Notes: generated by a model not told the origin, from the letters alone. Counted from the first letter of the stretch, positions 27,198-40,174 are shown. The stretch: DNA of 64,000 bases from an uncultured Solirubrobacteraceae bacterium (GCA_963827455.1 CAWHAW010000011.1:6228-70227), one strand, 5' to 3'. Made by a program: numbers and translations.

Positions 27198-28703
27198 GCT
27201 GCCACCAGCTCGCCCTGCGTGGCCGCTTCGGCGCGCTCCTCGGCGTCGATCTCCTGCAGGGTGTCGGCCGGCGGGCGCAGCAGCACGAACGCCGCGAGCA
27301 CTCCCAGGCCGACGCACACCGCGCCGACCAGGTATGCGAGGTGGTAGCCGCCGGTAAGCGACGCCAGCAGCGGGTGACCCGCGGTGCTGAGGGCTTTCGT
27401 GTGGTCGGTCGCGATCGTGCCGAGCGTCGCCAGACCAATCGCGCCGAACAGCTGCACCGACACGTTGATGATGCCCGACGCGAGGCCCGCGTCACGCGGC
27501 GGCGCGTCGGCCATGCCCATCGTCAGCAGCGGCAAGAACGACGCGCCCGCCCCGAGGCCGAGAGCCAGAAAGGCGAAGAACAGGCCGGGGAAGTAGCTTG
27601 CGTGGACACCCTGCACCGCCAGCAGAAGTAGGCCGACGATCAGCCCGCTCAGGCCTGCGGTGAGCGTCGGCACCTGGCCGAAGCGCTCGACCGCGCGGGC
27701 TGAGAGGCCCATCGACATCACCGCAATCGCGATGGTCAGAGGCATGAACGCGAGGCCGGTGTTGATGGCGTCATAGCCGAGCACGTGCTCCAGGTACAGC
27801 GCGCCGAGGAAGAACGCGGAGAACATGCCGGTGACCAGTAGGCCGCGAACGAGACTCGAGCCCATCAGCATGCGCAGGCGCAGGATGCGCAGCGGCATGA
27901 TCGGGTTGGCGACGCGCGACTCGACCACAAGGAAGCTCGTCGAGCAGCGCCAGCGAGGCGCCCGCCGTTCCCAGCGTGCGCGCCGAGCCGATGCCGTATT
28001 CGCTCGACTTGACGATCGCGAACGCGCCGAGCATCGTCGCGAGCGTGATCAGGATCGAGCCGAGCACGTCCACGCCGCCGGCCAGGCCGATGCCCTCGTT
28101 CTCCTCGATCAGAATCCATCCGAGCAGCAGCGCGACGGCGCCGATCGGTACGTTGACGAAGAAGATCCAGTGCCAGCTCAACGACTGCGTGAGCGCGCCT
28201 CCGGCGAGCAGGCCGATCGAGCCGCCGCCGGCGGACACGAACGCGTACATGCCCATCGCCTTTGCCTGCTCGACGCGCTCGGGGAACTCCGTCACGATGA
28301 TCGCGAGGATCACGCTCGAAGCGATCGCGCCGCCTACCCCTTGTAGGAGCCTCGCGCCGATCAGCATCGCCTGGCTGCCGGAGACCCCGCACAGGATCGA
28401 TGCCGCCACAAAAAGCACGAGACCGCTGAGGAAGACCTTCTTGCGCCCGACGAGGTCGCCGAAGCGGCCCGCCAGGAGCAGGAAGCCTCCAAAGGTGATC
28501 AGGTAGCCGTCGATGACCCACGTGAGGTTGGCCTGCGTGAAGTGCAGTTCGCGCTGAATCGATGGCAGCGCGACGTTCACGATCGTCGCGTCGAGCACCA
28601 TCATCAGCTGCCCGAGGCACAGCACCGCGAGTGCGATCCAGCGTCTGCGCTCAGAGGCGGCGGTGTCCGTTGGGGTCTGCAGTTTGCCAAGCAGTGCGGT
28701 CAT
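27194..28703 (-). pseudogene. DHA2-family MFS efflux transporter with a +1 frameshift near 27941 (probable sequencing error)
   Basis: LMMVLDATIVNVALPSI and GRFGDLVGRK. Continues in a shifted frame as TSFLVVESRVANPIMPLRI to the stop at 27194. Confidence 0.88.
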
Positions 28704-28742
28704 GGGAGCCTCCAGGGTTGCGGAGAAACCACCATAGCACTT

Positions 28743-28765
28743 ATCATCCATTCTGCAAGGATGAT
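28743..28765. promoter_or_regulatory. Candidate MarR operator
   Basis: ATCATCC-N9-GGATGAT in the AT-rich gap between the divergent MFS and marR genes. Confidence 0.5.
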
Positions 28766-28832
28766 CTGTGAAAAATTGTGAATCGCTGCTATTGTGATGA
28801 TTGACGCTTTGATGAGGTATACACTCCAAACC

Positions 28833-29309
28833 ATGACTGATCAGCGAAACTGTGCCCCCGGCTCGGCGGTGCTGCTGAGCCGTCTGGCGAAGCAGGTCTA
28901 CCGCCGCGGCGACGAGGAGCGGCTGGGTATGCACCTGCGTCACCTGGTCGCGCTCAGCTACGTCAACGACCACGATGGCTGTCCGCAGCAGGACCTCGCA
29001 GACGCCTTCTGCATGGACGCCAACAACGTCGTGCTGCTGCTGAACGAGCTCGAGGAGCTCGACTTCGTCACGCGGATGCGCGACCCGAGCGACCGGCGCA
29101 GGCATCTCGTGCAGATCACTGCGTCGGGCCGTGTCGCGCTGCGCGACTCTGAAAGCGTACAGGCCGCGATCGAGGACGAGGTGCTCGCGGCGCTCGACGC
29201 AGACGAGCGCCGCACGCTTCGCGACCTGCTGGTCCGCGCGCTGCGCTCGATGGAGCCCACCGACGGCGAGGACGCCTACAGCGCCACGATCGCGTCGATC
29301 TCAACGTAG
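28833..29309 (+). CDS. MarR-family regulator
   Basis: QQDLADAFCMDANNVVLLLNELEE...RDPSDRRRHLVQITASG. Confidence 0.92.
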   Translation: MTDQRNCAPGSAVLLSRLAKQVYRRGDEERLGMHLRHLVALSYVNDHDGCPQQDLADAFCMDANNVVLLLNELEELDFVTRMRDPSDRRRHLVQITASGRVALRDSESVQAAIEDEVLAALDADERRTLRDLLVRALRSMEPTDGEDAYSATIASIST

Positions 29310-29662
29310 GCGCCCCGGGGGAGCTGCGCGACCCCGACGGTCACGCGCGCGGGAGGCTCCTCAGCAAAGAACGAGGCATACACCTCGTTGACCTGCGCGA
29401 AGTCGGCGAGGTCGGTCATGTAGATCGTCAGGCGCACCGCGCGCTCGAGCCTGCCGCCAGCGGCCTCGCACACTGCGCCAAGGCTCTCCAGGCAGCGTCG
29501 GGCCTGATCGCCGGCGCTCGCCCCGACGATCTCGCCGCTGTCGGGGTCCAGCGGGATCTGGCCTGAGCAGAACAGCAGCCCGCCGGCGCGCACGGCGTGG
29601 CTGTACGGGCCGATCGCGGCCGGTGCCCCCTGTGCCTCGATGGTTTCGCGCTCGCCCGCCAC
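29276..29662 (-). CDS. ridA: RidA/YjgF family enamine deaminase
   Basis: APAAIGPYSHAV, SGQIPLDP and PPARVTVGVAQLP...VEIDAI. Confidence 0.92.
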   Translation of the reverse strand: MAGERETIEAQGAPAAIGPYSHAVRAGGLLFCSGQIPLDPDSGEIVGASAGDQARRCLESLGAVCEAAGGRLERAVRLTIYMTDLADFAQVNEVYASFFAEEPPARVTVGVAQLPRGAYVEIDAIVAL

Positions 29663-29752
29663 CGACGGCACACTACAGGGGACGATCAGCGAGCAGCCGA
29701 CGCCACCCGGCGCTTCGTGCACGGCGCCGGCCCAGGCATTAGATTCCAATTG

Positions 29753-31750
29753 ATGGAGCGTCGTCAACACCTGCTCGCGACGGTGCTCGTGGCGCTGACC
29801 GCATGGCTCGGCGCCGCCGCCGCACTGCCGTCGCTCGCCGCCGCGGGCGCCCAGATCGCGTTCACGCCGTGCGCCAACAGCAACAGCTTCGCCTGCGCGC
29901 ACGTCAGCGTGCCGCTCGATCCGAGCGGCACGACGCCCGGCACGATCACGCTCGCCATCCGCCGCCACCGCGCAACAGTCGGCGAAGCGCGCAGCGCGAT
30001 CATCGCGCTCGCCGGCGGTCCGGGGCAGCCCGCACTACCGTTCGCCGAACAGTTCGCCGAACTGCTGGGACCGATCGCCGCGACGCGCGATCTGATCGTC
30101 TTCGACCAGCGTGGCATCGGTCTGTCGGACCCGCTGTCCTGTCACGCCTTCGAACGTCCCGACCTGTACAGCTCCTTCGGGGCGCTGGTCGAAGCGTGCG
30201 GCGGACAGCTCGGACCGACGCGCAGCTTCTACACGACGGCGGACACGGTCGCCGATATCGAGGCGATCCGCGTCGCTGGAGGCTACGAAAAGCTCGTCCT
30301 GTACGGCACGAGCTACGGCACCAAGGTGGCCGAGCAGTACGCGCAGGAGTACCCGAGTCGCGTCGAAGCGCTGGTGCTCGACTCGGTCGTACCGCCGAAT
30401 GGACCCGATCCCCTCAACCGTCCTACGTTCGCGGCGATCCCGCGTGTGCTTCGCCAGCTCTGCGCCGCGCGCGCGTGCGCACACGTCACATCCGACCCCG
30501 TCGCCGACCTCACGCAGGTGCTCGCGCGGATGGCGCGTGCGCCGTTGCGAGCGCGGGCGATCGGCGAACACGGCGCGGCGCACAACCTCACGCTTTCCGC
30601 CCACGAGCTGCTCGCGCTGCTGCTGACGGGCGACTTCTCGCCGCTGTTGCGCGCCGAATTCGTCACAGCCGTCGCGGCGCTCGCACGCCACGATCCGGGG
30701 CCACTGGCGCGCCTGGTGCAGGCACTCGGGCCAGACGAAGGCGAAAGCGAAGGCGGCGAAGACTTCGACACGCCCGTGTACTACGCGACCACCTGCGAAG
30801 AGCAGGACTTCCCGTGGAGCCGCGTCGCTACCCCCACAGCCCGCATCGCTCAGGCCGTCGCCGCCGCGAGGGCACTGCCGGCGGACACGTTCGCGCCGTT
30901 CACCGCAGCCAACGCGATCGCGGTCAGCGACATCGAAGCGTGCGCCCACTGGCCGTTCACCGCCCCCGGCCCAGCCGTCGAGGACGCGCCCCTCCCGGAC
31001 GTGCCGACTTTGATCCTCAGCGGCGCCAACGACCTGCGCACCCCCACCGCGAACGCTCGCGAAGTGGCCGCGCAGATCCCGGAGTCGCACCTGCTGGTAG
31101 TGCCCTTCGCCGGACACTCCGTGCTGACCGACGAGCCGACCCCGTGCGCGAGCGAAGCGCTGCAGGCGCTGTTCGCGGACACTCCCGTGCAGCCGTGTGC
31201 GCCCGCAGCCACGCCCGCGATCCTGCGGCCGGCGCCGCTGCCTCCACGGCGCCTCTCACAGGTGTCACCGGTGCGCGGCTACCACGGCGTCACCGGGCGC
31301 ACACTGCACACGGTCGCGCTGACACTTTCAGACCTGATCCGCCGGCTCGGGCTCGCACTGACGCTCGGCAGTGCGAGCGAAGACAGCGCGCTGGCGCTGC
31401 GCATCGGCGGGCTGCGGGCCGGCTGGGCTGAGCTCACAGGCCGCGGCGTGAGCCTGCACGGCTACTCCTACGTGTCGGGCGTGACCGTGTCGGGCACGAT
31501 CGGGCTGGAAACCGTGGATCTCGCGGTCGGCGGCGCGTCAGGCGTGCATGGGACATTGCGAGGCGTCCCGCACCAGTCGCTCGCCGGAATGCTCGGCGGC
31601 GATCACGTGACGCTACCGGCGAGCTTGCTCACGACTGCGGCTATTGTCGTTGGCGATGCACAGCAGAGTTCGCACCTGGGGGTTGGCGACTCTGCTGCCC
31701 GCCGCGGCATTCGCGTGCTGGCCCAGCTCCTCGGCAGCGGCCGGCGCTAG
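29753..31750 (+). CDS. Secreted alpha/beta hydrolase, TAP-like (peptidase S33) with C-terminal extension
   Basis: Signal peptide, AGGPG, FDQRGIG, GTSYG, DLRTP and GHSV. Confidence 0.88.
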   Translation: MERRQHLLATVLVALTAWLGAAAALPSLAAAGAQIAFTPCANSNSFACAHVSVPLDPSGTTPGTITLAIRRHRATVGEARSAIIALAGGPGQPALPFAEQFAELLGPIAATRDLIVFDQRGIGLSDPLSCHAFERPDLYSSFGALVEACGGQLGPTRSFYTTADTVADIEAIRVAGGYEKLVLYGTSYGTKVAEQYAQEYPSRVEALVLDSVVPPNGPDPLNRPTFAAIPRVLRQLCAARACAHVTSDPVADLTQVLARMARAPLRARAIGEHGAAHNLTLSAHELLALLLTGDFSPLLRAEFVTAVAALARHDPGPLARLVQALGPDEGESEGGEDFDTPVYYATTCEEQDFPWSRVATPTARIAQAVAAARALPADTFAPFTAANAIAVSDIEACAHWPFTAPGPAVEDAPLPDVPTLILSGANDLRTPTANAREVAAQIPESHLLVVPFAGHSVLTDEPTPCASEALQALFADTPVQPCAPAATPAILRPAPLPPRRLSQVSPVRGYHGVTGRTLHTVALTLSDLIRRLGLALTLGSASEDSALALRIGGLRAGWAELTGRGVSLHGYSYVSGVTVSGTIGLETVDLAVGGASGVHGTLRGVPHQSLAGMLGGDHVTLPASLLTTAAIVVGDAQQSSHLGVGDSAARRGIRVLAQLLGSGRR

Positions 31751-33686
31751 CTTCATCTCCTGCCCGAACGCCACCGCGTTCGAATGCGGTTCCGTGCCGG
31801 TGCCGCTCGAGCGCTCGGGAGCCGTCCCGGGGACCATCTCGTTGAGCGTCGAGCGCAAGCGGGCCGGCGCCGCTCCCAGCCGCGACGCCGTCGTGGCGCT
31901 GGCCGGCGGGCCCGGCCAGGCAGCGCTGCCACTGAGCGAATTCATCGCCCAGGCGATCGCACCGGCGCTCAGCTCACGCGATCTGCTTGTGTTCGATCAG
32001 CGCGGCACGGGCGCTTCTGATCCGCTCAGCTGCCCGGCACTGGAAGCGTTCAGCTTGCAATCGACGAGCCGTCTGTTCGAAGAGTGCGCGTCGGAGATCG
32101 GCCCCGCTCGAGGCGCGTTCACCAGCGAAGAATCGGCGCAGGACATCGAGGCCCTGCGGCAGGCGGGGGGCTATGAAAAGCTCGTGCTCTACGGCACCTC
32201 CTATGGGACGAAGGTGGCCCTCGACTACGCCGAGCGCTATCCCCAACACGTCGAAGCGCTCGTGCTCGACTCGGTGGTGCCGCCCGAAGGCGCCGAACCG
32301 TTTGAGGTCCCGACGTTTCAAGCGATCGGCGGAGTCCTCGACGAGATCTGCGCCAACCGCGCCTGCGCGGGCATCAGCTCCGATCCGCTCGGGGACCTCG
32401 CCAAACTCGCGGCGCAGCTGCGCAGCCGGCGGCTCAGCGGATCGGTGTACGACGGCTCGGGCAAGCGCCACTCGAGCACGCTCGATGCGACAGGCCTGCT
32501 CGACGTGCTCGAGGCCGGCGATCTGAACCCGGCCCTGCGGGCTCTGCTGCCGGCGGCCGTCCGCTCGGCTCTCGAGCGCGATCCCGACCCGTTGCTGCGC
32601 CTGCATCTGCTCTCCGAGGGCCTGATCCCGAACGTGCCGCGCGAAGGTGCCAGCGTCGAAAGCTCGCCGGGCGTCGACGAAGCGCTGTTCGCAACGACCA
32701 CGTGCGAGGAGAGCCCGTTCCCATGGCAGCGCGGCGCCGGGCGCGAAACGCGCCTGAGTGAAGCGCTCGCCTACCTGCACGCCCAGCCGAGCAGCGACTT
32801 CTACCCGTTCGACCCCAGCACCGCGTACGCCAACAGCCTTGTTCCCGACTGTGCCAGCTGGCCCGACGCCTCGGCGGCACCGCCATCGCCGGGCGCGCCG
32901 CCTAACGTGCCGACGCTGATCCTCTCCGGCGAGCAGGACCTCAGGACGCCGACAACGTATGCACGGCGGGTCGCGGCGCTGATCCCCGGCGCGCAGCTGC
33001 TGCTCGTACCGTTCACCGGCCACTCCGTCCTAGGCAGCGACCTCAGCGACTGCTCGTCGCTGGCCGTCAAGGCGTTCTTCTCCGCCGGGGTTGGTGGGGG
33101 TCAAATCCAACCGTGCGCGCCCGCCGTCAATCAGTTCGCGCCGACACCATTGACGCCGACCAGACTCGCCTACGTTCATCCGCCGGCCACGCTCGGTGGT
33201 AGACCCGGGCGCACGCTCGTCGCGGTGCTCGACACGCTCGTCGACCTGAACCGCCAGGTGATCGCAGCCACGCTACAGGCCGACGCGGAACTCCCGAGCG
33301 GCTCGAGCTTCGGCGGCCTGCGCGGCGGCTACGCGAGACTCACGAGCTCGGCGGCGACGCTGCACGACTTCGCATTCGTGCCGGGCGTGCAACTGACAGC
33401 TACGTTTCCCGTGAAGAATCGCCAGCTGCAGAGCGCGAACATCCGCGTCTCCGGGAAGGACGCGTCTGCGGGCACCGTGCGCTTCGGAGCGAGTTCGCAA
33501 CAGATCACCGGGATGCTCGGCGGCAGACGCTTCGACGTGAGCCTCGCGAAGGTCAAACTCGCGCGCGTCGGCGCGAGCGAATGGCCGTCGCGCGCGAGGG
33601 TCGGCAAGCTCCTCGACGGCCGACGGGCGCTCTTCGGACGGTCCGGGAGCACCGCGGGGGCGCTGTGGTCCTCGTGGCTACCCTGA
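31656..33686 (+). CDS. Second, paralogous secreted TAP-like alpha/beta hydrolase
   Basis: Same motif set (AGGPG, DQRGTG, GTSYG, DLRTP, GHSV). Confidence 0.88.
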   Translation: MHSRVRTWGLATLLPAAAFACWPSSSAAAGASFISCPNATAFECGSVPVPLERSGAVPGTISLSVERKRAGAAPSRDAVVALAGGPGQAALPLSEFIAQAIAPALSSRDLLVFDQRGTGASDPLSCPALEAFSLQSTSRLFEECASEIGPARGAFTSEESAQDIEALRQAGGYEKLVLYGTSYGTKVALDYAERYPQHVEALVLDSVVPPEGAEPFEVPTFQAIGGVLDEICANRACAGISSDPLGDLAKLAAQLRSRRLSGSVYDGSGKRHSSTLDATGLLDVLEAGDLNPALRALLPAAVRSALERDPDPLLRLHLLSEGLIPNVPREGASVESSPGVDEALFATTTCEESPFPWQRGAGRETRLSEALAYLHAQPSSDFYPFDPSTAYANSLVPDCASWPDASAAPPSPGAPPNVPTLILSGEQDLRTPTTYARRVAALIPGAQLLLVPFTGHSVLGSDLSDCSSLAVKAFFSAGVGGGQIQPCAPAVNQFAPTPLTPTRLAYVHPPATLGGRPGRTLVAVLDTLVDLNRQVIAATLQADAELPSGSSFGGLRGGYARLTSSAATLHDFAFVPGVQLTATFPVKNRQLQSANIRVSGKDASAGTVRFGASSQQITGMLGGRRFDVSLAKVKLARVGASEWPSRARVGKLLDGRRALFGRSGSTAGALWSSWLP

Positions 33687-33690
33687 GCGG

Positions 33691-35511
<1,821 letters not shown>

Positions 35512-35649
35512 GCCGTCGCGTCCCAGGACTCGGCGGTCGACCGTCGAGCAGCAACGCGCATCGTCGACTCCTCGTGCTATGCCGGTCCGATCTGCGCTTG
35601 GAACGGTGCGCCTCTAGCTACGGTCCCCGCACGGGGATACTCTCGTTTC

Positions 35650-35874
35650 ATGGACGTTCGAGGCTGGCCCGAGCTACCGGATCGCGACCGCTGGCTCACT
35701 GACGCCGTGGAGCGACGGCTGCGTGACAGCACGCAGAGCGCCGAGCAGTTGCGCGCACGAGCGCGTGACCTGCGCGCCGAGGCCGAGCAGACCGACGTGA
35801 CGGGGATGCGTGAAGCGACATTGGCGCTTGCCGAGCGCCACGAGCAGGCGGCCACGGTCCGCCTGTCGGCCTGA
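35650..35874 (+). CDS. Small helical hypothetical protein
   Basis: 74 aa. TACTCT lies 6 nt upstream of the ATG. Confidence 0.5.
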   Translation: MDVRGWPELPDRDRWLTDAVERRLRDSTQSAEQLRARARDLRAEAEQTDVTGMREATLALAERHEQAATVRLSA

Positions 35875-36002
35875 GCGGCGGGCGAAGCTAGCGTGCTCGA
35901 CTGACGCGATCGAGCAGCTCGGCGGAGCAAATTCCCGGGCGAACTCCACGCCCGACCCCGCCAGCCGGAGCCGGCAGGCGGAGGCCTTTAAAGCTCTAAT
36001 CC

Positions 36003-37340
36003 CTACAAAATCGACAAGTAGCGGTCGAGCTCCCACTGCGTGACGTTCACGCGGTAGTCGTCCCACTCCTGGCGCTTGATCTCGACGTAGCGGTTGAACA
36101 TGTGCTCGCCGAGCGTGCGCAGCACCAGCTCTGACTCGGCCGTCAGCTCGATCGCCTCCCCGAGGCTCTCAGGCAGCTGCTCGACGCCCAGGCGCCGTCG
36201 CTCCTCGCTCGACAGGTGGTACAGGTTCTTCTCCATCGGCTCCGGCAGCTCGTAGCCCTTCTCGATGCCCTCGAGGCCCGCCTGCAGCAGCGCCGCAAAC
36301 GTCAGGTACGGGTTGCATGCGGGATCCGGGCAGCGCAGCTCCATCCGCGTGGCCTTCTCGCGGCCGGGGTGATACAGCGGCACACGCACCAGCGCCGAGC
36401 GGTTGCGGCGCGACCACGCCACGTACACCGGCGCCTCAAAACCGGGAACGAGGCGCTTGTAGGAGTTGACCCACTGCGCGAAGATCGAGCAGATCTCGCG
36501 CGCGTGCTTGAGCTGGCCGGCGATGAACGCCTTGCCCACGTCTGACAGGAAGTACTGGTCCTCGGGGTCGTAGAACGCGTTCTTGGCGCCCGTGAACAGC
36601 GACTGGTGCGTGTGCATGCCCGAGCCGTTCTCGCCGAACAGCGGCTTCGGCATGAACGTCGCGTGCCAGCCGTACTTCATCGCGTACTCCTTCACCGTGA
36701 TCCGATACGTCATGCAGTCGTCCGCCATCTTCATCGCGTCCGCGTAGCGCATGTCGATCTCGTGCTGGCTCGGGCCGACCTCGTGGTGGGTGTACTCCAC
36801 GTGGATCCCCAGCTGCTCGAGCGCCAGCACCGTCTCGCGGCGCACGTCCGAGCCGGCATCGAGCGTCGTCAGGTCGAAGTAGCCGCCTTCGTCGAGCACT
36901 TCCGTCGAGCGCGAGTCTTTGAACAGGAAGTACTCGAGCTCCGGCCCCACGTTGAACGTGTCGAAGCCCATCGCTTGCGCCCGCTCGAGCGCGCGCCGCA
37001 GGACGTGGCGCGGATCGCCCTCGTAGGGCGTTTTCTCGGGCGTGATCACGTCGCAGAACATGCGCCCCACCCCTTGCTCCTCGGGGCGCCACGGCAGCAC
37101 CGCGAAGGTGCTCGGGTCGGGCATCGCGATCATGTCCGACTCCTCGATCGCGTTGAAGCCCGTGATCGATGAGCCGTCGAAGCCCATTCCCGCCTCGAAC
37201 GCGTCGTCCAGCTCCGCCGCGTTGATCGAGAACGACTTCAGCTGCCCGAGGATGTCCGTGAACCAGAAGCGGATGAAGCGAATCTCGCGCTCCTGCACGA
37301 GCGCCTTCACGTCATCCGCGGTCTTCGGCTGGTCGGCCAT
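36003..37340 (-). CDS. glnA: Glutamine synthetase family (GSI-alpha/GlnA2-like)
   Basis: FDGSSI, HHEVGPSQHEI, MPKPLFGENGSGMHTH and ELRCPDPACNPY. Confidence 0.93.
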   Translation of the reverse strand: MADQPKTADDVKALVQEREIRFIRFWFTDILGQLKSFSINAAELDDAFEAGMGFDGSSITGFNAIEESDMIAMPDPSTFAVLPWRPEEQGVGRMFCDVITPEKTPYEGDPRHVLRRALERAQAMGFDTFNVGPELEYFLFKDSRSTEVLDEGGYFDLTTLDAGSDVRRETVLALEQLGIHVEYTHHEVGPSQHEIDMRYADAMKMADDCMTYRITVKEYAMKYGWHATFMPKPLFGENGSGMHTHQSLFTGAKNAFYDPEDQYFLSDVGKAFIAGQLKHAREICSIFAQWVNSYKRLVPGFEAPVYVAWSRRNRSALVRVPLYHPGREKATRMELRCPDPACNPYLTFAALLQAGLEGIEKGYELPEPMEKNLYHLSSEERRRLGVEQLPESLGEAIELTAESELVLRTLGEHMFNRYVEIKRQEWDDYRVNVTQWELDRYLSIL

Positions 37341-37424
37341 CCCGCCGGGACCCTAGCCGATGGCTAGCGCCAACCGTATCGACTGCTGGCCAAAGTCATC
37401 ACGCCTCACCCAAGCAACGCGCGA

Positions 37425-37449
37425 CTGAGAGGGTCGAGGACGCTCTCAG
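37425..37449 (-). terminator. Hairpin directly after the cytochrome c stop
   Basis: CTGAGAG-G-GTC-GAG-GAC-G-CTCTCAG. Confidence 0.4.
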
Positions 37450-37956
37450 CTAGTGGCCGGCTACCGCGGCGACAAACTTCGCCACCTCTTCGGCTTCCTT
37501 GCCGACGTACAGCCTCGCCGGCATGTTGCCGAGGCCGCGGGCGCGTCCTTCGGCGATCGCGTTCTCCACGAGCGCGATCCGCCCGGCTTCGGTTGAGATG
37601 TCGTCGCCGACCCTGACGTCGAGGTTCGGCCCGATGCGCCCGACCGCCTTGACGGCCGCGAGCGTGTGGCAGACGTTGCAGGCGTGCGCGAACAGTTCGC
37701 GGCCCGCGGTCTCTTCCTTGTTCAGGTGCACGCCACCGGTCGCCTCGCTCGCCTTGTGCTCGCCGTTGACCGCGAGCACGATCGCCGGGACGATCAACCC
37801 GAACGCGAACGCCACGATCATGCCGAGCGTGATCGCGCCCCGGCTGAGCCGCGACCCTTCCACCGTGCCGTCGGCGCCGCGAGAGCCACGCCGCATCGCC
37901 AGGAAGAAAACGCCGAGGCCGACGACGATCCAGAAGATGATGAAGATCAGCAGCAT
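37450..37956 (-). CDS. Membrane-anchored monoheme c-type cytochrome
   Basis: Two TM helices, CNVCH, GPNL and distal MP. Confidence 0.88.
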   Translation of the reverse strand: MLLIFIIFWIVVGLGVFFLAMRRGSRGADGTVEGSRLSRGAITLGMIVAFAFGLIVPAIVLAVNGEHKASEATGGVHLNKEETAGRELFAHACNVCHTLAAVKAVGRIGPNLDVRVGDDISTEAGRIALVENAIAEGRARGLGNMPARLYVGKEAEEVAKFVAAVAGH

Positions 37957-38097
37957 GCGCGCGGAAGATATCGGGTGGCGGCGCTGGACGGTCGAGCGAC
38001 GCCTCACGGATGAGAGCTTTCCCACCTTTAGGGGGGCCAAAGGCGCCACGCTAACCTGGCTCTTGGACCAGCAACCAAAGGACCTGGATCTGCTCCC

Positions 38098-39219
38098 GTG
38101 AACATTCTCCGTCGTCTACCGCTCTCGCGCCTGCTGCTGCTCTGCGCGCTCGTCGTCGCCATCGGCGTGTCCGCAACGGCGATCGCCTCGGCGCTTGACT
38201 CCGGGCCAACGCCGCCCGCCAAGCCGCTCGCGCAGGCCGTCCACGACACGCTCGCCGGCGCGCAGGGAGCCAAGATCGAAGGGCTCAGCGCGAACATCCA
38301 GCTGACCGACCACCTGCTCGAAGGCGCCAGCCTCGCCAGCGGCGGCGGTGCCGGAGGTGGCGGCGGGGGGCTTACCTCGAGCCCGTTGGTAACCGGCGCG
38401 TCAGGACGGCTGTGGATCGCCAAGGACGGACGTGTCCGGCTGGAGCTGCAGTCCCAGAAGGGCGACACGCAGATCCTCTATGACGGACACACGGTGACGA
38501 TGTACGACGCCGCCACCAACACCGTCTACCGCTACACCCCGCCTGCCGGCGAACAAGAGGGCGCCGCGGACAGCAGCCCTGCCCCCTCGTCCCACGAAAT
38601 CCCGTCCGTCGCGAAGATCGAAGAAGCGATCGCCCACGCGAACAAGCACGCGGACGTGTCCGGCGCCACGCCCACCGACGTCGCCGGGCAGCCCGCTTAT
38701 ACCGTGCGCGTCTCCCCCAAGGAAGGCGGCAGCCTCCTGGGCGGCGCTGAGCTCTCCTGGGACGCCAACAACGGGGTGCCCCTGCGCGCCGCGATCTACT
38801 CCTCCACGAGCAGCTCGCCGGTGATCGAACTTGCCGCCAGCGAAGTCTCCTTCGGGCCCGTCGAAAGCTCTGTCTTCGCGATCACGCCGCCCGCCGACGC
38901 GAAGGTCCAGGAAATCACCTTCTCTGAAGGCAACCACGCAGGCCCCTCCAACAAGGCGAGCGCGGATGAAAAGCCGAGCGTCACCACGCACGGTCACGGC
39001 CTTGGCACGATCGCCGTGCTCGAAAGCAGGTCCAAGAGCACCACCGGCTCGAGCACCTCGCTCGAAGGGCTGCCGAAGGTCACGATCAACGGCGCGAGCG
39101 CCAGCGAGCTGCGCACCGAGCTCGGGACGCTGCTCACATTCGAGCGCTCCGGCGTGCGCTACCTCGTCGGGGGCGCCGTCTCCCCCGCGGCCGTAGAAGA
39201 AGTGGCACGGGGCCTCTAG
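38098..39219 (+). CDS. LolA-like/DUF2092-type secreted carrier protein
   Basis: Signal peptide. GRLWIAKDGRVRLELQ...ILYDGHTVTMYD and FAITPPADAKV. Confidence 0.7.
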   Translation: MNILRRLPLSRLLLLCALVVAIGVSATAIASALDSGPTPPAKPLAQAVHDTLAGAQGAKIEGLSANIQLTDHLLEGASLASGGGAGGGGGGLTSSPLVTGASGRLWIAKDGRVRLELQSQKGDTQILYDGHTVTMYDAATNTVYRYTPPAGEQEGAADSSPAPSSHEIPSVAKIEEAIAHANKHADVSGATPTDVAGQPAYTVRVSPKEGGSLLGGAELSWDANNGVPLRAAIYSSTSSSPVIELAASEVSFGPVESSVFAITPPADAKVQEITFSEGNHAGPSNKASADEKPSVTTHGHGLGTIAVLESRSKSTTGSSTSLEGLPKVTINGASASELRTELGTLLTFERSGVRYLVGGAVSPAAVEEVARGL

Positions 39220-39220
39220 C

Positions 39221-40174
39221 GTGAGCGAGGACGCGGCCCAGCCCGTTCGGGCTCGGGGGCTCGTCAAGCGCTACGACGAGGTCCTCGCGGTTGACCACAT
39301 CGACCTGAACGTCCACGCGGGCGACGTGTACGGGTTCCTCGGCCCCAACGGCGCGGGCAAGACCACAACCCTGCGCATGGCACTTGGCCTGATCACGCCG
39401 AGCGAGGGGGTCGTCGAACTGTTCGGCCGTGACCCCATGCGCCACGGCGCCCGCGCCCTGGAGGGCGTTGCGGGCTTCGTCGAGGCGCCGCGCTTCTACC
39501 CATACCTGACGGCACGCAAGAACCTCGAACTGCTCGCCGCGCTCGACGGCGACGGGGCCGCCGGACGCATCGACGAGGTGCTTGCGGTCGTCGAGCTGAG
39601 CCCGCGCGCCAAGCACAAGGTCGGCGGCTACTCGCACGGGATGCGCCAGCGCCTGGGCATCGCCGCGGCGCTCCTGCGCCAGCCGCGCCTGTTGATCCTC
39701 GACGAGCCCGCCACCGGCCTCGACCCCGCCGGCATGCGCGACATGCGCACCCTGATTCGGCGCCTGGCCGATCAGGGCATCACGGTGCTGCTCTCCAGCC
39801 ACCAACTACCCGAGGTCCAGGAACTGTGCGATCGCGTCGCGATCGTCGAGTCCGGCCGCGTCGTCTACGAGGGTGCGCTCGCCGACCTGCGCCGTCAGGG
39901 CGGCGCGGGCTACCGGCTCCACACCACCGACGACGAGCGCGCACTCGCGCTGATGCGCGGAGAGGAGAGCATCGGACACGCAGCCCCAGGCGAGCATGGC
40001 CTCACCTTCGAGGCTCAGGAGCAGGACGTGGGTCGGCTGTCGCTGACGCTCGCCGCGGCCGGCATCGGCATACTCGCGCTCAGCCCCGAACTGGCGACGC
40101 TCGAGGACCTCTTCTTCCGTCTCACCGAGGGCAGCAACGGCGCCAAGGCCGAACCAGTCGAGGTCGCCGTATGA
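39221..40174 (+). CDS. ABC transporter ATP-binding protein
   Basis: GPNGAGKT, YSHGMRQR, LILDEP and SSH. Confidence 0.95.
   Translation: MSEDAAQPVRARGLVKRYDEVLAVDHIDLNVHAGDVYGFLGPNGAGKTTTLRMALGLITPSEGVVELFGRDPMRHGARALEGVAGFVEAPRFYPYLTARKNLELLAALDGDGAAGRIDEVLAVVELSPRAKHKVGGYSHGMRQRLGIAAALLRQPRLLILDEPATGLDPAGMRDMRTLIRRLADQGITVLLSSHQLPEVQELCDRVAIVESGRVVYEGALADLRRQGGAGYRLHTTDDERALALMRGEESIGHAAPGEHGLTFEAQEQDVGRLSLTLAAAGIGILALSPELATLEDLFFRLTEGSNGAKAEPVEVAV

Noticed and set aside
35875-36002. Several GC-rich hairpins downstream of glnA as a possible ncRNA
   Set aside because: They can be explained as termination structures between convergent genes in roughly 70% GC DNA, and match no family motif I recognise.
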